Shown piece by piece: positions 1 through 12,605 of a stretch of 64,000 bases of DNA (position 1 is the stretch's first letter; each line of letters opens with the position of its first letter). Below the pieces are notes generated by a model. The model had not been told where the DNA came from and did no database searches. It worked only from the letters and a program-made list of their open reading frames with translations. The translations under genes were made by a program, and so were the position numbers. Source of the DNA: Klebsormidium nitens. Taxonomy: Eukaryota > Plantae > Klebsormidiophyceae. Where the stretch lies: the NCBI GenBank assembly GCA_000708835.1, contig DF236984.1:228384-292383 (forward strand), given 5' to 3'.

Positions 1-3000
1 CCACGTCAATACCGGGGAGTACCCTCGCTGCCGAGGCGCAAAGCATCCGCGATCGGCAACGGCGGATTGCTGAAATCACGGAGATGATACATGTGAGTTT
101 CGAGGCGTTTTGAGTTTCTATCGAGTGGCGGAGTCGCCAGTGGAAGGTTTGCCGATCTTGCTTGTACTACATGGTAGGAAGATACGTTATTATGTTTGAA
201 ATTAGAACGAATCCCTGCAGAGCTGCTCGAACCGCTTAAGCCATAAGGTCTACTGCGAAGGAGCATCTTCCAGTGGATGTTTCTTCCCTGGCTTTCCTCG
301 TCCGAGTCTTCGTTAGGTGCAGCAAATGACAATACTTCGCTCATTAAGGCTGCTCTTATTCAATTCTCTCCGTTCACCATCTGCCTAGCTACTTCGATTT
401 GTCCGGACAAGTTTCAATTGCCCTTGGAACGCTGTCTACTCCGAGTTTGAAAGTGTTACTTTTTTGACTTGCTTCAGAGTGTCTGACAGCATTCCAGTTG
501 ATCTGATTGCTTCGCTTATAGTCGTTTGACGCTATAGATTGTTTGACAACATCCTAGTTGATCTGATTGCTTCGCTTCAGAGTTGTTGACGCTCATCATA
601 GGACGGAACCCAAAGCAACGGCCTGCGGTTCCCCTCAACCGCTTCAAGCGGCGAACTCGTCACACTCTCATTGCTTGGATACCTTGTCTTTCTTGTGAAA
701 CAACTGTGAATCTTCCGTCAAGCAATCAACAATTATCCCCGTTTACCCCTTCAGGTGGCGAGTTTGTTGCACGATGATGTTCTGGACTCTTCCGACACGC
801 GACGGGGCATCAGCTCGCTGAACTTTCTGATGGGGAACAAGCTGGCGGTTCTGGCTGGGGACTTTCTGCTCGCGCGTGCGTCCGTAGCGTTGGCATCCTT
901 GCGAAACGTTGAGGTGAGGGCGTCAAACCCTTGGTTCTCGTTTCTTGCGGACTTTCCTTGACGATATGGTCGATCGTTGGTGTCTTGGTCCCCCGTTTCC
1001 AAGTGCGACGTTGCAGTGTTCCTAGGGCCGAAGATGACAAGAGACGTTTTCTGTCGTGCCTGTTTTGATGTGTTTCGTCTCATCGAGCCGCTTCCAAAGG
1101 TCTGCTGTTAGAGGTTGGACTGGAACGAAAGCAATTGGAGACATAGAAAGCACGATGCCTACGACCAAGAAGTCGCCGAGTCTCTTCGTAAAGCGGAGGC
1201 TAAAGGTCAGCAGAGGAGGGCCGATCAAAGGCCCTTGCTATTTTCAAGTAGTTGCCTTCTGTCTCGCAGATATTGGAGCATCTGGTTTCGCCCAGATCAC
1301 AAACACGATGAGGATGCGAAGCCAACCTTTGCTACCCAAAAACCGACTTCCATTGAAAGCTTGCGAATGTGCTTACTAGGTGTGTGAGGTGCTGCCGGCA
1401 GCATGTGGTGGTGGGCGGGACCATAGATTTCTGCGAGTTTAAAATTCCTAGCTTCCGAAACCAAAATCCTAGCTTCCGAAACCTTGACCCCTTCACACTG
1501 ATGGAGCCGCTGTTGCACGCGCTGGAGCGCCCACGGTCGATCACTACATCAAGAAGACCGTGCATCCCGTAAGTAAAGAGTAAACTTGTCAATATCCCTC
1601 AGATTGCCTGTTATAACGTCCTTAACCCCATCTGAACCCCTATCATAACCCGTTCCAGGTGATTGAGTTGCTGTCGCGCGTGCTGGAGCACCTGGTGTCG
1701 GGCGAGATCATGCAGATGACGGGCGAGCCGGAGGCGCGCTGCAGCTTCGACTACTACATCAAGAAGACGTACAACAAGACGGCCAGCCTCATCGCCAACA
1801 GCTGCAAGTCGGTCGCGATCCTCGGGGGCCAGCCGCCGGACGTTGCGGGGCTTGCGTACGACTACGGACGACATTTGGTGAGAACAATATAGCTCTTGCG
1901 TTTCTAGTTTCGAATCTTTGGAAAAGGTTTGGTCAGGTCAAGGTTACCGACAATTGCAAGTCGGTCGTTATCATTGGGGCCCAACCGCTGGATGCGCAGA
2001 GGTGCCGCACGACTACGGACGGCTCTTGGTAGAAAACCGGCTTTCGGATGTCGGTTCTGATTACAGAATAAACGCTGAAGTAATATCACCTGAGGGGTGA
2101 GAATCTACATGTGGTATTCGGTCACCGAAGTTCATTACAAGAACGTAAGTCGGTTGCAAATGTTTGGGGCCAGGAGGTCCATCTCAAGGTTGCCTAGGTT
2201 CGTCGACTGGCCCAGCGGTGCGATTCTTTTCTCCGTCAACACACAACATTAAGCCAGCCAATCAGTGATCCACATCTCCAGCTGTCGACCAATATTTCAA
2301 CGCGGAAATCGGCTTCCTAAACGCAGATCTCCTCTCGAGTTGTAGGGACTGGCGTTTCAGATCGTGGACGACCTTCTCGACTTCGTGGGCACCAGCCTGG
2401 TGTTGGGCAAGCCGGCACTGGCCGACTTAAATCAGGTAAGCTCGTTGAGACAGCCTTACTTCAGCGCGCGTGCGCCAAAGTCAGGCTTTCCGCACGTTAT
2501 CTTTCCGATCCTACCTTTTTTTCTGATCGTACGGGTTTGCGCTGGAGCAGCATTCCACTTCGGCGTCGATCCCTGGGGAACTTCTCGAACAAGTCGAGTT
2601 CGGTTTTGCTGCTGAAAGCTTCGAGTGCTTGTCAAGACTAGAGCCATGAGAGCGGCACGCTAGCTTGCGGCATTCCTTATGCACTTATGCACTTATGAAC
2701 ACCACTTAGACAGCATCTTCGTTTACCTCTACTTCCGTAATGAGCCGGCTGCTTAGGAAGCCGTTAGGACTAGTCCCTGCCCTGTTCGACTTCGCGTTTC
2801 TATAGGAGGAGCTTAGAGGATGTAGTGCATTCGTGTTTTTCTGTCGGACCGGATCCACTCTGCATCATCGACCAACCTTGCTTGGGGGCCTCACGCTTGG
2901 GGCAGACGCCCGGAGAAGTTGCTGTCAAGTTGCCTGAGCCAGACTTCAGGACGTGGTCGATGCCGTCAAGATGCTTGACCTGACAAGTGACGTTATCGCC

Positions 3001-3809
3001 GGTTTTTGGCAGGGCATTGCAACGGCGCCGGTGCTGTTTGCGGCCGAGGAGTTCCCTATGATGGAAGACCTGATAAAGCGGAAGTTCGCTCGGAGCGGCG
3101 ATGTTGAGCAGGTGAGCCAGGAAACTCTACGAAGCTTGAAACATTGAAATCTGCTGCGACGCGAAAACGAGGAACGATGGGCAGCACCCGGCAGCTGCCG
3201 GGTTCCAACATGCGGTAAATGCGAGACTTGTTTACGGAATTCTCAAACGGTTTCATAAACGAGGAGTTTGCAGCAGGTCTTTGTCCCCTACCTTCGTGCA
3301 TTCGCTGCTTAGAGCTCAGATTAGCGCCTCACTGGCCACTCGTACTCCTAAGCTCACCCACGCAAGCACGAACGCTTTCTCAATGATGGATATGTTCAAG
3401 CTCTGTGCCGCTGCAATAATTCATACAGCACTTCGAAAAGGCTGCGTCAGATCACCTCATGTCCTGATTGTTGCGACTTTAATTGCAAGAATCAGAATAC
3501 ATTTTTGTCCTGTCAAGGCGGCCCAATTTTGTCACTCACGCTAATTTTCGGCCCGTGCATCTTGGGCTAGAAGGAGATTGCAATTAATGGTGCGCCGTAG
3601 GGCTTGACTACTTTCATACGATCGTGCAGGCTCTTCAATGGGTACAACAAAGCAAGGGCTTGGAGCGGGCTCGAGAGCTGGCTGCGTATCACGCTTCGCA
3701 GGCAGTGCTGGCCATCGAAAGGCTTCCTCCTCCAGAGTCACAAGGGGCCGCACAAAGTCGACGAGCCCTCGTTGACCTCACACAACGGGTACTGACACGG
3801 AAAAAGTGA
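1..3809 (+). CDS. GPS1: Trans-long-chain prenyl (solanesyl/geranyl) diphosphate synthase, GPS1/SPS3 type; 5' end lies outside the window. Exons <1-92, 755-913, 1659-1877, 2346-2435, 3013-3111, 3630-3809
   Basis: The spliced translation reads RQRRIAEITEMIH|VASLLHDDVLD (FARM)...KKTYNKTASLIANSCK...GLAFQIVDDLLDF (SARM)...GIATAPVLFA...RALVDLTQRVLTRKK*. All introns are GT-AG with consistent phase, and the sequence closely resembles plant GPS1. Confidence 0.95.
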
Positions 3810-5347
3810 AGCAGAAGTGGGCACGTGCGAGCGGAAGCTTATGTTTGGATGCACGCTCACAGTCAAGGTAACGGAGACAGTTGGGCGGGGTTACGCATCA
3901 GCTTATTTTTGCCTTATTAGGTAAGTATTACAATCTGGTGGTTTATCCAGTTCATTGTATAGCTTCAGCTTTAAGCCTGCGCTTCTTGCCAAGAAAAGCT
4001 ACTTGTGCGGCGGGCGGCGGGCTTGGCGGCTTGCGGATGTTCTCATGGTTGCACGGCATTCCTGGTATAGTGCATTCTGATTTGGCATGTGCATCTGCGC
4101 CAGGGCTGCCGCGAGAACAGTTTCTTTCTAAGTTTGGAACTTCGGAAGAAAGAGGCGGCTGGCCAGCAGCGCAAGATGGTACTCATGGTCTGGCAAACTC
4201 ACCTGAAGCATCCCAACAAAAGGTGTTTCCACGATATGTATGCCCAGACATGCATCATGTCACTTGGCCGGCATGGCCGACGCCCGGCCGCGTTGCGACA
4301 GTACAATCTCCCTGCACGCGGCAGTTACATGCAGATTGGCCGCGGGCGGCATGCAGTGCAGTGTCGGACCCGTGTGCACTGCGGCAGTCTTGACAGTGAT
4401 CCGATCTTGCCATGTCCCAGAGCTAGATCCCTTCACGAGCGCGGGGCATGTTGCAACTTGCAACAGAGCATGATTAAGAATTCGAATGATGTTCCGTGGC
4501 GTCTAGATCTAGGCTCCGTTTATGCAAGTTCTGTTGTATCATGCATTAAAGTATCATTGTCGCCGCACCCGCACTAGCTCGCTGCGTGCGGGCGGCCCTC
4601 TACTTGTGCATGTAATCGCTATCGCGGTCCGACCGATATCAGGCTCGTGACGCGGGCACGGGGTATACTATGTTGAACAGCCTTCGTCCACCAGGGCCTC
4701 CGATGAGTCCTTCACTGCGCAATGGCTTGTAAATAGGTAGTTTGCGCAGCCCGGCGGCCGGCCCGGCGCGCCTATGTGCGCGAGCTCAGGCCAGGCCCGC
4801 GGCCGGGCCGCCCGCCCGGGTCGGACGCGGCCGCCCGGCCCACTAGCCGGCCGCCGCACGGCCGACGGAAACCCCGGCGCCAGGGCGGGGCGCCGATGTG
4901 CGTTCAGTTGCATTTTTCTGCTCAAGCCTGACGCTCATGACTTCTGCCCAGGACCACGCGTTTAAAACCCGTTTCAAAACGTCCCAGCTTAGCTTGCGTG
5001 GTCAAAAAAGCCATCTTGAAGGTCCGTTGAACTTAGCTGGACCAGATCTGCTGCAGTTCATCATGCAGCTCCGACGGGCTGCAGGAGAAACAGAAAAGTG
5101 ACGTCAGTGTTCTGACCCTCAATCTAGCTGCAGCAAACAAAACGCCCTGAGTTGCGGCAACGAGACAGGAATGAACAAGGAAGGAGCCGCTTGCAGGGAG
5201 CAGGCTGAGGTTGCTGTGGCCCTTACAGATAGCGTGTCAGAGACGTGTAGCCCCAGAAAGGGGACACCAATATGCACTACCCCAGCTTGAAGCCTTGAAG
5301 CTGGCCCCTTGAAGAGAAAGCAACAACTTTGTAGCTAAAGAGGTGTC

Positions 5348-8300
5348 ATGTCGTGGGCGGACGTGGACGTCTTTCTGTGCCAAAGACATTGGCTCCAACC
5401 AAGCAACATTGCCGCGTTGCTAGGGCGGCTGGAGACATTTGTGGCCGTAAATGAGGATCCAGGGCGGAGCCCTTATTACAAAAACCAGGTGAGCTGGCTT
5501 CATGAGTGGAAAGTAGAGGGCATGAGGACATATATAGTAAAGCTCACCAGGATTTTTAAACATGTATACGGCTGCCCTTCATGAACGGCTGCCAAGAGTA
5601 CAAAGCGGGACACTAGATACTCCGCTTAATCAGGGGTGGCATCTTGCACCACCATTTCAAACACTCAGCCTCACAGGTTCAGGCTCATGATGATGACGAG
5701 TAAATCTGGGGCGTAGCTGCGGTGTGAAGCTAGGCACTAATGAGATCAAAATGACAGTCTAAACATTCAAGGGGATCTCACAAGTCGCTGGCCTTGGGCA
5801 GCGAATCCTTTTGCCATGCTCTTTTTCAGATAGATAATCTTAGAAACGAGGAGACTACCTGAGTCTCGATCATGCAGCCAGGAAGGTGCTCAGAGCATGC
5901 AATCATCCTTTGCACTGAGCCCGCACTGATGCTAAATCTATTTTTGACCAGCTCTCCTAGAATTGCTGCTCGTAGCTCACTAATGATCTTATTAACGTAA
6001 CTCTTACAGCATCCGCTTGATAGTCTCGTGAACGACTCGGACCTCAAGCTTCGCTTATTATATTTGCGCCGGAAGCCTCAACCTGTTCCAGATCCATCCC
6101 TCAGCTTTGTAGCTGAATCGCAATTCTTTAGAATGCCCCGACGCTTGACCGCTCAAAATCGTATCCTTTGAAATCCATACCATCAGCAGCACCGAGTGAA
6201 GTCTTGCAACCTGAGCAAGCTCAACGAGATCTGCCCGCAATCCTCTGACACCAGATCTGCACATTCTTACAGCATGCTGACTCGCTCGACCGCCTGGTGT
6301 CGCTTCTCAAGGACCCGGGCATCGAGCAGCACCCGGGGCTGGCACTCGCAGCGCTGAAAGCGCTCAAAATACTCTCCCGAAAGACGTGTAATCACTCGGG
6401 TATGCGACGGGATGAGAAAAAGGACGGCAACGCGATTCAAGCCGTCCTCCGCTTTCTGCAGGTACGTAGACCCTTATGTTTTAACGGGAGTGCGGAAGTA
6501 AAAGTTTGCTTCAAAGTTCAACATCGGCGTGCACACGCAGGCTGGTGCATTAAGGGAGCAGTTCGCCAATGTAGGACATGACTTTTCTCACCTCGTTGAT
6601 TGAAAAACCATCTGTGAAGACCTTGTCGCAGTTGCTTCCTTCCAATCTCACCCCCTCTACTTTCCCACCAGACAAAAGGCACCAAAATCGTGAAGCCCGG
6701 AACAGATGCTTGCCCGTCTCTTTCCAGTCTACCTACGGTTTTCGTTGAAAGTAACGTGCTTCGGCTTCTGATCAGTGCGTTTAGACGCCTTATCAGGAAT
6801 ATCTCAGAATCTTGTGTCGTGAGCACAGCCATGAAATGGAAGAATGCCGTTGGTCGCAATGATGATTTCCTTGGGAAAAACTCAAGCCTTCATCTGTGCA
6901 GGCTCCTGGGAAAGTAGACGAGAGCATCGCGGCGGAGGCTGCAAACGTCCTTATGAATCCCTGCTTCGAAAAGGAGAACGTGGAGGTAGTGCTCCTGAAC
7001 GAGGGCTGCATTCCACCAATGGTGAGCGTCGGCCAAACTTGCCGACGTTTTGTCACCTTCAACTTGAAAGGCCCTTGGCAGTCAAAGCTCCTTTGCTTTT
7101 GAAACTTCGCAGGGTTTGTCTTACCTTCATGAGTAGGGAGCTGGTAACTTCCTGCGAAGAGAACATGCGAAGCTCGAAGTGCGTTTGGGGCTCGGTTTTA
7201 TTTCAGATGGCTCTGATAATTAACTGCTTATTTTGCGTCACCCTGACGTAAGAGCGCGCTCAAGTGCAAAATCAAAGCCTCAAGAAACGTCACTGCTCTT
7301 TCTGTTACTGTAGACCTGAGCCTGACACACCCATGACGTCACCGTGGGCATCTGCTGGCGCCAACGTCGTCGCTGACGTCATCTTTGCAATCACTCTATT
7401 CTGCATCAGCATCACTAGCTAGTGCCCTGCCATCCTGCCAGGGTGACGTTTGACGGCTCGCTAACGTGACGTGTCGTGACGCATGCTTTGTAACGCCTTG
7501 CCGTCTTCCAAGGAAACACGCAGTGCCTTAACTGTGCTGTCAACCTGCTCAAGACATACTTTGAACGAGATCTGGGTCTGCCTATCTAAGCATTCAAGAA
7601 ACTCGACGTTGATGCGGCGGATACCGGGCCATTAATGTCAGCCTTCTTAGAAGGTTCACGCCTTCTATGCGTAGGAGCCTTCGCTTCCAGACGCAGAGCC
7701 CTTGTTGGCGACCTTACTCAAAGACTTACCCACATGAAGCTGCCCCTTCCGGTCGCCACCTTTGGGTGCCTTCGACAAGGGGACAAACGTTGTGTCCGGC
7801 GACCCTCGCGCCAATATAAGCTGCAGGCTCGTTAAAGCTCGTCACCATAACCGTCCATGCCAGCGTCTTCTTGGGCGACTCCCGTGAGGTTTGGCGACCC
7901 GCTGAACCCGTTGCGAGTTTCTGCAGGTCGCCTTCTTGGGCGCGGCGGACGAGAACCTCCAGGCAAACGTGGCCGGCGTGCTGCAGAGCGTGTGATTCCC
8001 GAAAGACGGCTGTGGGCGACGCGTCGTGCGGGACGCAGAAGCGATTCCACCTCTAGTCGCTCTGTTGGCGTCTGAAAGCCTGAAGGTAAGGGTTGACAGG
8101 CTGCATTCACTTGGAATTCACTTGTCTGAGGCGGACACTTTCTGAGAGGCCGAGTCACGCCAGAGCCTTTTTGATTGAAACGGAGGCTCAGGAGAGATTT
8201 TAAGCGGACGTATTGAGCGGGATACATGAGAACGATATATGTTCGCGGTTTTCTTCGCGGTTTCGAACAGCCAAGCGGTGGAATAATCCTGCAGCAAGCA

Positions 8301-10360
8301 ATAGATGTAGGTGAGGGAGTCTACCTTCGACCAAGTCCAGATCCGCGGAGATTTGAAAGGCTGGTGGTCCCGAAGAAGCATCAGTTTTGAAGAATCCATT
8401 AGCACTTTGAAAGCGCATCTGGACGCATTGCAAACGGAGGATATTTGGCCGCTGCACCGATATACAGAAGGCCACACGTGTACCATTCTTGCGTCTCGAG
8501 TACTGGAAGGAGCAGCCCCTCCTATAGCTGGGAAAGTTAACAAAAACGCATGCATTTTTCTATACAGTGCAGCTTTTGGAAAAGTGGAGCGCGGTGTGAG
8601 GCGTTACGAAGTCTTCCTAGGGAGATGACAACTGTCACGCGCGCGCATGCGCCTTGGCAATTTTCCTGAAAGGTGTCTAACACAGTGGCAAAGCCCCAAA
8701 TAATTTCCTTGCATCCCTAATTGGGCAACCGAGAGAGAGGAACAATAAAATGCTTGGATTGCCCTCCTTAGATCACCGTTCTGGACGGAGCTTTCTGCAC
8801 TGACTTGGTGCAATCTCTCACATCAATGCTTGCCGTTTTCAGGTCCGGACAGGTGCCTTGGGCGCCCTTCACAACATTAGCAGCGACCCATGCTCTACCG
8901 GCATTATCCGCCGGAAGAACGGGATTCCGCCCATTATGAAGCTCCTCCGAAGGTGTGCTATGGCTCATCTCACTTTGTGGTGAAATGGTCCTTGAGCAGT
9001 TGCACTTGTTAGAGGCCAGCTTGCAGCGCTTTCTCCTTACGCCTTTGCTTGGGGTTTTCCGCTCAATGGGCCTACCAACTAGATTACCGAGCTTTCTTCA
9101 AAACTGGTCCCGTCAAGCTGGGCTTTGTTTCCCCGGGCCCTGCTGTTACTTGAGGTAGACGTCCGAGACGGTCGTCATTTAGCGGCAGAGGGATGCATTC
9201 CAGATCGATCTATGTTCAGCGATCTTTGCATTTGCGCAACCTCTCGATGTTGCAGGTCTTACTTAGCGCTCTTTCAAGTATCAGGAGCGTCTTTAGCAAA
9301 GTGGGCTCCTCTCACGGCCTGTTTGCATGTGCACCTATCTGTTCACCAGAACTAGTAAGAGGAAGCATGAAACAAAGGAGCACTTGGAGAACAAATGTGA
9401 CAGCGTTTTGCTACTTGCAGCCTGTGCTCGTGCTGCTTGCGGGCGAGGAAAAAGGGACATAAGCAGCTGCCCCGGAATTAAAGTTCGTTAACTTCAAGCG
9501 TTTGTGTTCCGAGTTAAGGTCACTCAGAGCCCTTAGGACGGCCAACCCAGTGTTGAAGTCTAAACCCAATTTTACCCATCTTTGCAGCCCGCAGGCTGCG
9601 ATCGCCCAGTCCGCGGCCGGGGCACTGCAGAACGTCAGCCGAGAGGGGGAGAGCCGGCGAGTGATTCGGCGTGACAATGACGCCGTGGTGGCGCTCTTTG
9701 ACATGCTGGTCGACGGAAAGGAAGTGCGAACCCAGGTACTTTGGGACAGAGCCTACTCCCGAGCTTACTTCGGATGTCTTCTACGTATCAGCGCTGGTTT
9801 TCTCTCCTGTACTCACGTATGGGATGCTTGGCATTTCGGTGAGCTTTGCTTCCTCAAAGCTCTTCTTTGCTTCGCGCACACGCAATCGATCTATGATGTG
9901 GTAATTAATTTACGCTGTGCTAGTACGCTTTCATAGTTTACAGCGAGAAGTCAGGTTCACAACAACTTCTTCGAGGAAGTCTTTCAAATACTCGAATCGA
10001 CAAACTGATTCCGTCTTCGTAAATGCAGCCGCATGATCTGGACTCTGCAAAGTAATGGTTACGGGCTGATCCGATCGCTCAAGCAACGCCACTCTTTCGT
10101 ATCACGGACAGCGCACCGCGGATTTAACGCACTGTACTCTCGGAATGAAGTTACGGTCCTATGTTTCTGTGGTCCAGGTGTCTGCCGTGGGCGCACTTAT
10201 GAACATTCTTGGACCAGAGTTGGCGGAGAAAGGTAAGAGTAGCAAGGAGGAAAAGGCGGACCGTAAAGGCTTTGCGCGTATCATAACCAGTTGCCTAGTG
10301 ATGGGCATGGCATACGACGGCTTTTTTGGCGCGGGGGGTGCCGCGGCGTCAGTTCGGTGA
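5348..10360 (+). pseudogene. Armadillo-repeat protein gene with an in-frame TGA at 7993-7995 (pseudogene, recoded codon or sequence error). Exons 5348-5488, 6273-6461, 6902-7021, 7927-8085, 8843-8952, 9588-9735, 10178-10360
   Basis: Seven exons with GT-AG sites join in phase into ARM repeats (LKALKILSRK; AEAANVLMN; ANVAGVLQSV*F; GALGALHNISSD; SAAGALQNVSRE; SAVGALMNILG). Exon 4 contains the only internal stop. Confidence 0.75.
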
Positions 10361-12341
10361 CACGAGGACAGACCTGACGGCCTAGAATCGTATAGCATGT
10401 GGACGGCAACGTCTACGGCCAATCATGTGTCGTTGCGCCGGGCCATTGAACCGAACAGATGTTCATCAGTCACGAGATTCCAGAAATAGCTTGTAGAACT
10501 GCATCAAGTCTCTAGGTCAGTAAAGAACGTGCCAACTATTAAGTTTAAGCTAGTAGAGCACGCGCTTGAAATCTGGACCAAATTTCTGAGCCTCATTCTA
10601 AGAGCGTAGTGCTCCAGCCAATCCAGACAAGACCGGACTAGAAGGAGATCTTCGTGCACAGCTCCACTGAGGACGTAGAGCAGAGTCATTTGCAGACGGA
10701 TCAAGCGGTTGCAGACACTCTCAATCAGTTACAGTTTGAGTAGAGCCAGGCAATGTCAAATATCTCCTGACTCCTGCATCGGGGCCGAAACGTGATCGTC
10801 AATGAGGGCCGCCGTGTGTACCAGGCAAAGAGGTTGACGTATGCATCACGAGGTTTGTTGTTTATTGTGTCATTGCCAGTGGTCATCTGCATTCTGGCAG
10901 CCCGGATATCTTAGTCTTAGCACATGCAAGGACGGATGAATGTTTGCGATTGAACATCATCTGACTGGTCATTTGACTGCTGATCTGAACCAAGCGCCCA
11001 GACCCGCGGGCCGTGCGCGGGCCTCTTTGCAAGAATTAAGGTTCACCGAGTATCAAGTGCAATGAGTGAACGGGCTGTTTTCCTCGTGAATTTTGGATTA
11101 AAGACTCCCCCGCGACTCAAAATCTTCGCGAATGCTGATCGACGGACCTGAGTGAAGGAACTGATCAAGAAGGCGAGTAGGAGATAACTGGGTGCCAGAT
11201 ACAGCTCCAGGACGTCTTTAATAAATAAGATCACTGGCTGATGTTTTTTGAGTTTAAAGATCTGTTCCAGATTTAGCACCGCATGCGCGCACCTTTCATG
11301 CTGGCGCCCTGTCAGGATCAGATGGGGGGGGGATCGATATAATGACTCAGTCCTTTTTTGAGTAGAAGACGCCACCGAAATCCGCAGTAGCCGGGTTACC
11401 GAGTCCCGCTGATCGCGCGACGCAGACCCATCGGCAACAAAAGCTCAAGTCACGCTGCCATGTCACAAGATCGTTGCTATACCCACCAACTTGACGATTC
11501 AGTGCAATCACGCGCGGAACTAGTGAGCTGCGCAGCGCACGCCAAGATTCATCCCTGGCAAACAATGATCGATACATTTATGTATGTCATGATGATCTGG
11601 AATTCGTCTAGAATTCTAGAATCTAAGTTTAATGGTAGGTGCTGCCGCATTGACACGTGGCCACGTGGTGCCATGAGGCTCCTCTGGCACGACTCTGTCA
11701 ACTTTAGCTGACAACATCTCATCTGCAGCACCGGTCAACCGGTAAGAGTGCTGCGAAGCTAAGCCGCACAGCCCCCCCACAGATAAAGTTCAAAGCTCAA
11801 TGAGTCAATCACCTGTACGGTAGGTCTATCATCTAGGTAGGTATGTACCTATCCCAGGTAATACCTATGTGAGGCTATGGTATCCGGTCGGCGGTCGTAG
11901 TATCCGAGGACCGTTGCTTGGCGCGGCCGCGCACAATGGTAGCGGCAACGCTTGCCACTGCCATCCAGATTCCACAGCTTGTGCAATGTGCCAATGTGCG
12001 TGATCGCATTCGGAAATGCTGAGTCCTTGCCGGCGGCCCCCATCATACCGGTAGTAGATACTAGACACCTGCCATCCTGGTACGGCACCCGACTACGGTA
12101 CAAGCCTTGGTACGATTGATTTATCGACATCTTTGCCATACTTAATATACCAATCATATCAATAAACGCCACACACGGCTGGCGCTGCGCTGGCAGTAGC
12201 TCGAGCAGCCACCTGGCACTCAAATAGGATTTATTGATTGTGATGAATGTTACGGTTACTGGTCAGTGGTAACTCTTGAAAATGTACTGTGTGCTCTGTG
12301 GTGACTTGAAGCGGCCTGTGACTTCCGGTAAGATTCATGTA

Positions 12342-12605
12342 CCGTACCGCCAAGGGAAATCGCCTGAAAATAAATATTTTGGGGTCGGTGCGAAAAGTTA
12401 GAAAGTAAATGGGACACTAACTGCGAAAAGGCGAAACTAAAGAATTACCTCAAAATGGCGAAAAGTCCTGTTTTGAAAGGCAGAAAAAGCAAAAAAATCC
12501 TTTGTGCGAAATGTAAAATAAATTCTCAACGCAACGGGTGAAACCTCAAAACGAACGAAATTAACTTTTCGCACCAAAAGGTGGCGAATTCCCTTGGCGG
12601 TACGG
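12342..12605. mobile_element. 264-bp MITE, Tc1/mariner (pogo/Tc2-like) type, with TA target-site duplication
   Basis: The TIR CCGTACCGCCAAGGGAAATCGCC (12342-12364) matches the reverse complement of GGCGAATTCCCTTGGCGGTACGG (12583-12605) with 1 mismatch. There is a subterminal inverted repeat GGTGCGAAAAGTT/AACTTTTCGCACC, TA flanks at 12340-41 and 12606-07, and an A-rich non-coding interior. Confidence 0.85.

Noticed and set aside
3187-3202. Perfect 16-bp palindrome CCCGGCAGCTGCCGGG in a GPS1 intron
   Set aside because: It is a single short palindrome with no supporting context.
4668-4965. Arg/Pro/Gly-rich ORFs in the GC island, or a hAT transposon end
   Set aside because: The ORFs are low-complexity artefacts, and I found no TIR/TSD pair or transposase.
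11043-11577. Adjacent minus-strand ORFs (110 aa and 76 aa) as a decayed gene
   Set aside because: There is no recognisable family and no convincing splice structure.
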